A stretch of 64,000 bases of DNA from Tubulanus polymorphus (lineage: Eukaryota > Animalia > Nemertea), in NCBI RefSeq assembly GCF_964204645.1, contig NC_134026.1:21300150-21364149 (forward strand), read 5' to 3'. Positions within the stretch are counted from its first letter, which is position 1. Every line of letters starts with the position of its first letter. This document shows positions 1-8,438 of the stretch, piece by piece. The translations under genes were made by a program, and so were the position numbers. The notes below the pieces were generated by a model. That model was not told where the DNA came from. It made no database searches and worked only from the letters and a program-made list of their open reading frames with translations.

Positions 1-168
1 ATACGCCCTATATGCACGTGGAAAGATTTTTCCGTAGAGCATCAAAGACATCGAAATGGTACTTTTATATGCCCCTGCTCCCCCCCCCAAATATGGTATA
101 AAGAATAATGAAAGCTATGAGTTGTTCTTAATTCAAATGGAGATAAACTATACCTCATTTTATTGCAG

Positions 169-276
169 AGAAGCCTGGTGGCGAAAGTACAGAGGCGGCA
201 ATTGCCAGATATTGGCATGTTGTTTCTAAACTTGAATGTTCGCAGGTCGCACCTAGTGTCGGATTCGTTAAATGAG
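169..276 (+). CDS. HECTD2: HECT E3 ligase HECTD2-like, internal coding exon (gene begins upstream of window)
   Basis: tattgcag| acceptor, |gtttgt donor; translates RSLVAKVQRRQLPDIGMLFLNLNVRRSHLVSDSLNE, the segment entering the HECT domain of HECTD2. Confidence 0.9.
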
Positions 277-604
277 GTTTGTACGTGATATCAACAATTC
301 CTGGTTAACACCCTGATCTTTGTTTGCCGTATAGTTACTCTGTCATTTAGCAAAAAGAATACATCATCATTAGAACACACTGCCAAGTTTTGTCCATTGA
401 TTCCATATTATTTATGAGTTCTATCGATGCCCCATATCTATGAAAGCGGTTTGAGGAAAAAAATTCCAATTCAACATGTGAAACAATACATAGCTCAGAT
501 TTAAGTAGATTTCTGAGTGTTTCCCAGCCCTATATGTGCCCAATATGTAGTTCGTTGAAATTTAGTATTGGGTTCATTAATGTTTATGTGCTTAAAACCC
601 ACAG

Positions 605-737
605 GTAGCTCGTAAACAACATGACTTGAAAAAGAAACTGAAAGTGACATTTTCTGGAGAACCAGGTCTCGATATGGGAGGCCTAACGAAAGAATGGTTT
701 CTGCTGCTAATCAGGCAAATCTTTCAGCCAGAATATG
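605..737 (+). CDS. HECTD2: HECTD2-like coding exon (HECT N-lobe start)
   Basis: cacag|...|gtaaac; VARKQHDLKKKLKVTFSGEPGLDMGGLTKEWFLLLIRQIFQPEY(G), canonical HECT GExGxDxGGxxKEWF motif. Confidence 0.95.
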
Positions 738-764
738 GTAAACTCTGCTGCCAGTGAATATTTG

Positions 765-972
765 CACGGGCGGATCCACAGACTAGATATGAGGGTCTTA
801 CAACATCTTCTTAGGGCAAATCGATTAGGATAAGGCAATCTGGCAGTGGCAGAAAAGCAGAATTTTGCTAGAAATTCTAGAAGAATGAAATTATTCTGGT
901 CAAAAGGTCACTGCCAGAATGCCCTTTACTCAAAATTGTTTGCATTTTTACACAAGTCAGGATTTGCCCTTA
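765..972. mobile_element. hAT-like MITE (CAGGGGCGGATCC-type termini), 5-bp TSD
   Basis: cacgggcggatcc ... ggatttgccctta imperfect TIRs; ATTTG at 760-764 and 973-977; internal inverted repeat gcaatctggcagtg / cactgccagaatgc. Confidence 0.55.
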
Positions 973-1028
973 ATTTGGTAACCGAATTGTAGAAATGGCT
1001 TACTTCATGTTTACTTTCTTCTTTTCAG

Positions 1029-1117
1029 GCATGTTTACATATGATCCAAAAGCTAGGTCTTACTGGTTCAGCACAGCTCCCTGTGATAACTACCAGGAAT
1101 TCAACCTTGTTGGAGTT
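1029..1117 (+). CDS. HECTD2: HECTD2-like coding exon
   Basis: cttttcag|; (G)MFTYDPKARSYWFSTAPCDNYQEFNLVGV; ends at GTATCCTTT donor. Confidence 0.93.
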
Positions 1118-1310
1118 GTATCCTTTCTGTATAAGAGAATAACAAAATTTACATTCGAACAATATTAGAGTCTGAGTTTATAGTGCAAACTGAAATCTGG
1201 AAATTGCCTTCTGGAATTCTGTCAGAAAATTTTTTCCTACTTGTATGGAATGACATATAGTATGAATTCTGAGGTGAAATAGCCATTTTCTTTAACCAAA
1301 TGACTTTAAG
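1118..1310 (+). other. U12-type (minor spliceosome) GT-AG intron
   Basis: 5' site GTATCCTTT; branch-like TTTTCTTTAAC at 1286-1296, about 14 nt from the AG; no long polypyrimidine tract; the join keeps the frame (LVGV|LMGL). Confidence 0.88.
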
Positions 1311-1472
1311 CTGATGGGTTTAGCTGTTTATAACAGCATCAATCTAGATATACACTTCCCTCCGTGTTGTTACAAAAAACTGCTCAGTCCCGCTGTTGTG
1401 CCGTATAACAATCCGAATGCTACAGTTGGCGTCACTACGCTTAACATCGATGACCTGAAACAAGTAATGCCG
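1311..1472 (+). CDS. HECTD2: HECTD2-like coding exon
   Basis: LMGLAVYNSINLDIHFPPCCYKKLLSPAVVPYNNPNATVGVTTLNIDDLKQVMP|gtaagt; FPPCCYKKLLSP is characteristic of HECTD2. Confidence 0.95.
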
Positions 1473-1493
1473 GTAAGTGCGCTGAGTATAAAC

Positions 1494-1788
1494 TAGCAGG
1501 GATTCGAACCGATGGTATGGTTAGAGTCAGCCATGGCACAAACCCTGCCACACTTAGACCAGGTGCGCAGATACGTGGGCAAGTTTTTCGCGAGAAAACG
1601 TGCGGCACCAATCAGATTGCCTGTTCATAATTTTCAAAAATTTCACGGATATACTATAAATGGAAAAAACCCGAGCTAAAATAAAATGGGTTATCTGATT
1701 GGTTGATAATGACATCATCTAAGCTGTGCTCTCATACCATGGTGAGTCTTGATGCCATCTGGTTCAAATCCCAGCCAGGGGGAGGATG
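1494..1788. mobile_element. Palindromic dispersed repeat with tRNA-like (B-box) arms, copy 1
   Basis: gggattcgaacc-gatggtat...ccatgg on the left is inverted to ccatgg...gatgccatctggttcaaatccc on the right; inverted CCAATCAGA/TCTGATTGG inside; homologous to 43363-43500 and 47619-47875. Confidence 0.7.
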
Positions 1789-2037
1789 ATGTAAGCCTGT
1801 TGCACAGTTGACTGATTAGAATCGACTATTTTTAAGCAACTGCTTGGAACTCCGTTTTAGAGTTAATTCAAAGCTTCACTCACTCCGAAGTCCAAATTGC
1901 AATATAGACCAGTGATTAAACTTCAGTTGTTGTTCCAAGTAGTTGAACTAATTTTCAATATTCAAAATTTGAAATTTGTAAAAAAATCAATATTTGAAAA
2001 TGCTTGGTGAAATGCTTCATTTGTTCTTTGTTTTCAG

Positions 2038-2112
2038 GATTTGTGCCACGGTTTAGATGAGTTATTGAACTATGAGGGAAATGTTGAAGAAGATTTCTGC
2101 ATGACATTCCAG
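2038..2112 (+). CDS. HECTD2: HECTD2-like coding exon
   Basis: ttttcag|DLCHGLDELLNYEGNVEEDFCMTFQ|gtaaat. Confidence 0.95.
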
Positions 2113-2255
2113 GTAAATGACTGATGAAAGGATGGACAACTTTGGTCAGAGGTCAAGGCAGGGGTTTCATTTGAACTCCCAAGCCCTTTCAACAGATGCA
2201 TTGATACATTTCAATTCAATATGATTTTATACATTTCCAAATAATAGGATGTTGA

Positions 2256-2430
2256 TTTTTAGCCCACTTGGGACTATTGAAAAGCCAGCAGGTTATTGCG
2301 TTCATTTTTCATCCGTCCACCTGTTTGTGTTACGTCAGTCCGTTTGTTCACCAGGGGGCATTGAATATTGAAATTGTCAGATTGTCGAGCATTCCACCAA
2401 GTGGGCATGGTGTCCCTGGACCACTATGGT
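2256..2430 (+). mobile_element. Helentron-associated (HINE/DINE-1-like) non-autonomous element
   Basis: T-run then agcccacttgg; sub-terminal inverted copy ccaagtgggc at 2397-2406; tccgtcc tract; short 3' hairpin gtccctggac; 3' part recurs at 56341-56435. Confidence 0.55.
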
Positions 2431-2452
2431 AATTTTTGTATATTCTCTATAG

Positions 2453-2543
2453 GTTTCTATCAATGAACATGGTACAATAAAAACATATAGCCTAAAACCA
2501 AACGAACCTACTCCCGTCCCAGTTACCAATAAAAATCGAAAAG
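2453..2543 (+). CDS. HECTD2: HECTD2-like coding exon
   Basis: ctatag|VSINEHGTIKTYSLKPNEPTPVPVTNKNRK(E)|gtgaga; VTNxNRxEY motif. Confidence 0.93.
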
Positions 2544-2786
2544 GTGAGAACTGTAGTCTTTCTATTGCTGTTAGATTTAATTGAAGCCAATATGCATGTA
2601 TTTACCAACTCAATCCAATATCTCTTCACACCTTGCTGATGGCATACCGAGAAAATCATCGAATTACTGTATTACTGCGCAAAACGAAATTTTGACTGTT
2701 TTGATTCCAAATTTTTACATACTGATGATATATTTGGATTTGATGGGTGATATTCTCATTGAAAAATCTCTTGATTATTTTTCTAG

Positions 2787-2893
2787 AATATATTAGTTTG
2801 TATATTGATCTCCTGCTGAATAAAGCTATATACCCGCAATTTCAAGCTTTCTACCATGGATTCCACAGTGTATGTGCATCTAATGCTCTTATT
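2787..2893 (+). CDS. HECTD2: HECTD2-like coding exon
   Basis: ttctag|(E)YISLYIDLLLNKAIYPQFQAFYHGFHSVCASNALI|gtaagt. Confidence 0.95.
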
Positions 2894-2983
2894 GTAAGTT
2901 TTCGATTATCTTCATTCATTTAAGTCGCGTTCATTAAAGTTACGAAGTCAAATCGAGAACTAACCAGCACTAAAAATTTTCAG

Positions 2984-3099
2984 ATGCTACGTCCTGAGGA
3001 AGTTGAGATGTTAGTTTGCGGCAGCCCAACAGTTGATATGTCTGACCTCAAAAAAGTGACTACCTATGATGGTTATCACCCTAATGATCAAACTATAAG
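2984..3099 (+). CDS. HECTD2: HECTD2-like coding exon
   Basis: ttttcag|MLRPEEVEMLVCGSPTVDMSDLKKVTTYDGYHPNDQTI(R)|gtactg. Confidence 0.95.
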
Positions 3100-3687
3100 G
3101 TACTGTATAATATAGCAAGCATATTGATGTCAAAAGAACCTTAATTTTTCAATGGGCTTGCCATTGAGCCTCCAAATATGGACAAACCATATTAGACATT
3201 CTATTCCAGAGCCGTACATAGTGGTGGCAGTGCCCCCCCCCCAAAAAAAAAATGGAAAAGTGCCCTTTTTCCAAATATAATTGTTATATCCAATAGAAGT
3301 TTATGTAGAATCCTCCTTCATTTGAGACTGACAAGCATTTTGTTATAGGCCTAACAAAGTTTTTGTTAGGGCATATATGTCTATAAGAAGAATCGTTATA
3401 TCAGCTATTGACTTTAAAGTGACTGCCTTTTTTCGGATTTCTCTGGCCCCCAACATTCAAATGCTAGGTACCACCCTGTCCTCTGTTTTTGGTACGATAT
3501 TTTCATACGTATCTACAAAGCTATCATTGATAATTGATTAATTTGATAGAAAATTGTGTTGGTTTTTAATTGCAATATAGAAGAAATTGATGCACGGCAG
3601 ATTAATAGTGAACCTGTTGGATCATTGCTAGCCATACAATGAATTCTCATCTCTCTTTCTATATATCAAATTGAATTTATTTTTTAG

Positions 3688-3828
3688 GCATTTATGGGAT
3701 GCTGTTTCGGCGACCACGAAAGAATTGCAGAAACGATTCTTGCTGTTTTGTACCGGCAGTGACCGAATTCCAATCGGAGGCATGAAAGAAATGACTTTCA
3801 AAATCACTCGCGTTGATAACACTGACAT
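3688..3828 (+). CDS. HECTD2: HECTD2-like coding exon (C-lobe)
   Basis: tttttag|HLWDAVSATTKELQKRFLLFCTGSDRIPIGGMKEMTFKITRVDNTD(M)|gtacgt; TGSDRxPxGG motif. Confidence 0.95.
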
Positions 3829-4038
3829 GTACGTATAATAACCGACAGTTTCCCTCGACCCTAACTCGAGAGGAATATTCGCCTTTCTACCCGAAAGTAT
3901 TCAAACCTGATGACGTCAGGACATTGCCATGGTATGAAATAAGCCTGCTGGGCTGGGTTTTAGAGATGTGGAAGCAGAATAATCCCTGGGAACATTTTGA
4001 AATTTGTCATCAGTTATAACCATGGTTTCTGATTGTTA

Positions 4039-4176
4039 CAGTAAACTCCGCTCAAGTCTTGGGTAATATCAGAGTTGGATGTAATGTACTTCTTACGTAG
4101 TGTCACAAAAAATATTTCAACAAACATCTGAGTTGAACGGTTATCCGAGTTGATCTGACTTCAGCGGAGTCTACTG
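4039..4176. mobile_element. Tc1/mariner (pogo/Tigger-like) MITE
   Basis: TA-cagtaaactccgctcaagtc ... gacttcagcggagtctactg-TA; 18/20 TIR match, TA TSD. Confidence 0.75.
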
Positions 4177-5172
4177 TACTATGGTGGTTTTCACCCATGT
4201 TGAGAATCTATCCCTAGAGGTAACTGTAATACCACGTCTATGAAACCGCATCCCGATATGCCGCCAGATTCAACTAACGAGGTTCCACTGTATCATGTTT
4301 TGATATGTGTTCGGATGAGTAGGAGTGAACCGTGGCTCATTTTGCCCCCAATTCTATGTAATAATAAACACGTTTCATATCAAACAGAACTGCATTAACT
4401 AGGTTTGATTTCGTGCATTGTCATTAGCCAATCAGCAATCAAGTTTCATTCAGATTTCGATAAGTGATCTGATGGTGAAATCAAAAGCAGGAAAGAAATT
4501 ATTCAACAGGCGATCCGTTTGGCCCGTACATGCCATCAGTTTTGACTCACTTTTCAGGAGAGGTTGCCTCATGCCATCAAGTAACCATATGTAACGATAG
4601 ACAGTGCTTCTAGAACATTTCTCATATAAACTTTTGTCATACCAGAATTAAAAATTATTATATGAATCAAATAAAAATACATCTTTAAATACAAATAAGA
4701 TATTTGACAGAAGAATTCAACTAATAATAATAATAATATAATAATATATATCATATATATCATAATATATAATACCGACATCGATCCAATTCTTCTGATC
4801 AACTAGTAGTTTTAAATGATCGAGGATGTGGTGCTACCTATGAGCTGATTCCAAATAAGGCATCGCACAATCAATAAGATATCACCATCGTCAAAATGAA
4901 TTTAGGGCATGCATGCGCTAGCGCAAGCTTATATCGCCGAGTCCTTGGGCAAGTTGCCAGCTTTAAAAGCATGGTATCGATAATCTATTGTTGCGACGAA
5001 TAAGTTTACAATCGGAAGCATTGTCGAAAGCAACCTAGATGAACGATGTTTTTTGGTGCAGGTACAAGGCAACGGCCACAGCCCGAAGGCTTTGAACTTA
5101 TGAACAAATAACTATCCATCCGTCTGTCAGAAGGCATCGTTCTCATGAGTCGAAATGAAATCGATTTCGTGA

Positions 5173-5328
<156 letters not shown>

Positions 5329-5503
5329 AGAATGATGAAGCTCGACTGTGATCCGGTTTCCGTCGCGTTCTTGCCAGTAATATACGTACTCGCCCGCGTG
5401 TTTAAGAAATGAATACGTATCTATTTTCTCATGCTAGAAATATCCACAAAGCCATAGATGTGTGACATTGAAATGGCATTGATGATCATGGCTTCGGTTT
5501 GTA

Positions 5504-5678
5504 CAGTAGAACCCGTTTGAGATACAGATCAGTTTGATCCTGATTAGATCTAGTCGACATATCATTAATCGGTTTTGTAAATTCATATCGTAAAAATGTG
5601 ATGTTTTATCTCATAAACTGGATTGATTTTTCTTGCCCTGAATAATCCAGATAAAGCTACTAGCACCGGGGTCTACTG
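5504..5678. mobile_element. Tc1/pogo-like MITE in the putative 3'UTR
   Basis: TA-cagtagaacccg ... cggggtctactg-TA. Confidence 0.6.
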
Positions 5679-5782
5679 TATTTGAAATTATTTTCTTATA
5701 TTGGTTAAGTACAGGTTTGCTGTAATTTTAATGTTTTCAATGATTTAATTTCGCATGAAGTGACATCGAGACTGACCTAGAA

Positions 5783-6044
5783 TAGGGCGGATCTATAGGG
5801 GCGTCCAAGTGCCCCACAAGATTTCAGGCTAAAAAATTCCTGATTCATCTTTTCCCGTTAAAAAAAGACAATTTGCAATTCATATATGTATACTATTTTT
5901 CCAGTGAATGTCTATGCTTTAGTTTCAAACAACACTTGGGAGGTGTACCAGCAATTAACCTTCCTCCTTTTTGCTCTCCACACATTACATTCCACTACCA
6001 CATGGGCCATTCTTTTCTTTTCATATTTGCCTAGATCCGCCCTG
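5783..6044. mobile_element. hAT-like MITE
   Basis: tagggcggatcta ... tagatccgccctg TIRs; no clear TSD. Confidence 0.6.
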
Positions 6045-6149
6045 AGGTCATCATAGGGATGATAAGGCATTGTTTCATTTGTTTAGTAGTATACTGGTCA
6101 GTTTGTATATCATCGTGTGCATCTAGTCATTGAAAATTTATTTGTCAAC

Positions 6150-6481
6150 CAGGGACGGATCCAGAGGCTAATTTTGAAGAGCTTGTCACATTCTGAAAGG
6201 GCAATTTGATGTCACTGAGGGGACAGTTTTGAAGAACTTGTCACATCCCGTTGATCTTGCAAAGGGGTCAGTCATTTATTACGTACGCATTAGGGAAGGG
6301 GAGGGGTCAGTGGAAAATTCAAATTTTATGCGTACGTAATATATGAATAATCCCAAAGGCAATATTAGGGCATTACCACGTTGAAATGCCACAATTATCT
6401 TGATGACAAAATAGAAAAGGGCAGTCAAAAAAATTTGATGGACTAGCACAATTCTCACAACTCGCCCTGGATCTGCCCGTG
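6150..6481. mobile_element. hAT-like MITE with 6-bp TSD, containing a nested element
   Basis: GTCAAC-cagggacggatccag ... ctggatctgcccgtg-GTCAAC. Confidence 0.7.
6264..6354. mobile_element. Small nested MITE (Harbinger-like)
   Basis: ggggtcagtcatttattacgtacgca ... tgcgtacgtaatatatgaataatccc TIRs flanked by AAA/AAA. Confidence 0.6.
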
Positions 6482-7057
6482 GTCAACTCTAAAATTCAGA
6501 AAAAGCTGCATCATAAATCGATTGCTTGTGTATAATCGATGTTTTCCGTGTTCACCTATTGATGTAGTCGTTGAAAAGTGAGGTATACGTCTGTGAATTT
6601 CAAGGCTTCGTAGAATAATCCCACGATCGTAGCTTGGCTGTATCAATCGGAAGGATTGGTTCTAAGAGCATTAGTTCTCGAATTGTTCTGCGATCACTTT
6701 CGATCGAGGTTGATCCGTCCAAAAGCATGGAATTTCGATCGGAAATAGGTAAACAGTTGTGTGGTTTCGTTTACACATCGAAATATTTAAGTAAAAATCA
6801 AACACGCCTCAAATAGTCATGTCAATCCAGCATCGTCGGGATTAATCGCCAAAATTGTGCCTTTGTTTAACAGAAAATGTCCTTTTTCGGATTTACCTTT
6901 GACAATTGTGCCTGTCCCTTTGGATTTTGAGGGTTTTGCGAAAGTCTTGTATGATGCCTGGATCCACCCCTGTGGCTATGGCCCTATAGCAAAGACCATA
7001 GTTACTATACGGGTCAAATTGGACTCCATCGATCATAATAAGTTCCATTTTCTGTTT

Positions 7058-7366
7058 AGCCGCGATCACACGAGCATTTTTGGCCGGGGTCAAATTAGGC
7101 CCGTGCCAAATTTGGCCCGGAACTGATGAACTGTTCACACGAGTGCCAAATGGGCCAGAACCAAATTTTAGCACCAGACAAATGATTGCGTTTGAATTGC
7201 AACTGGCACCGGAAATGATCCACTTCGCTTTGTTTGAGCATTGTTTAGTATTGAGTGAATGGTTTGCGTGTGAACGCGCTCTCTAATTAGGCACGGGCCA
7301 AATTTGGCGCGAGCCTGATCCGTGCCAATTTGGCCCGGGCCAAATCGTCTCCGTGTGATTGTGGCT
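7058..7366 (+). mobile_element. Harbinger-like MITE family A (GGGCCAAATTTGGCCC-rich), copy 1
   Basis: agccgcgatcacacg ... cgtgtgattgtggct TIRs; many internal ggccaaatttggccc motifs; homologous to seven other copies in the window. Confidence 0.8.
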
Positions 7367-7870
7367 TTAGAAACACTTTTACACACCCACACCTGTAGAG
7401 CCCAATTACTTATCATTCATTGCAGTATCTTAAAACGATATTGTTGTATTATTTATTATATACTAGTGTCAGAAAGTTCACTATTTTTGCTAGAATATTT
7501 TCACAACAAAACAAAAATATATACTATACGATATATGAGTCCATGAACTTCAGTGTCCACTATACCTTTCAAATTTGGATTGTGTTCGTGTAATGTTGCA
7601 TTGAATTGGTGTAAAAATATTCTTATTACTACTGATAGGTTCCTCACTGCTTTTAGGACAATCAACTTTGTGTTTTAATATGCAAACTAGATTTTTCCTG
7701 GGTTCCATTTTTTAATGACCGGCAAAGATGAATTCGGAATGTGGATTGTTTTGTATGCACCTAAACCCATTTATAACCTAGATAAATGGTTTTGAATGTA
7801 ACTCGAGGGTTGATTCAAATTATGATTAAGAATTTTGTGCCTTTGATAAATTTGCTAGTTTTCAGTCAAG

Positions 7871-8065
7871 CAGGCCCGTAGTATGGGGGGGGGGGGGTTA
7901 AGTGGGTTATGACGAACCAGCCATAATCTGAAAAAGGTCCAGGAACCCTTGCATTGTGAGCATGTTTGCCGTCACTAGGGGACATTACCTTCGAGCAACG
8001 TTTTAAAATGGTCCACATTTTAAGAAAATTGAAGTACCCATAAAATCAGTCGCGTAACAGGCCTG
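7871..8065. mobile_element. hAT-like MITE (CAGGCCCGTAG termini)
   Basis: caagcaggcccgta ... taacaggcctgcttg inverted ends around a G-run. Confidence 0.45.
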
Positions 8066-8432
8066 CTTGGTTTAATAGCAAATCTGCTGTCCTATGATTT
8101 AAGACCAGCACCATTGGACTCAAATTATGACTATTCATGAAATCATTTTTACTTAAATACCTGGGGATGGACTGATTACGCCTATGTTGAATTAAAAACT
8201 GGTCTTAGTTGAATAGAACAGTTTTAACATAAACCCATGGATAAATCAATTGCATACTTATCAGCCAATTTGAATTGGAGTTAGAGAATAAGTCGTTAAA
8301 ACCGGTCCAATTCTATGAAAGTGGGCTTTTGTTTAGTATACTGCCGTATAAGCATTTGTTTTGTTGACTTAGTGATCTGTATTTGTTGTATTTCGTTTTA
8401 CCTTATCTCTTTTAAGAAGCTTACATATTGTC

Positions 8433-8438
8433 AATAAA
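8433..8438 (+). terminator. Candidate polyadenylation signal of the HECTD2-like gene
   Basis: First AATAAA I found after the stop codon; preceded by TGTA/T-rich sequence typical of 3'UTR ends; no transcript evidence. Confidence 0.4.

Noticed and set aside
1750-1785. tRNA gene (GGTTCAAATCCC)
   Set aside because: No cloverleaf with acceptor and anticodon stems found; it is the arm of a dispersed repeat
7080-7416. Similar peptides (GPGQIWPG) in ORFs at 7080, 21032, 53815 and 60300, suggesting a gene family
   Set aside because: They are translations of the non-coding MITE family A palindromes
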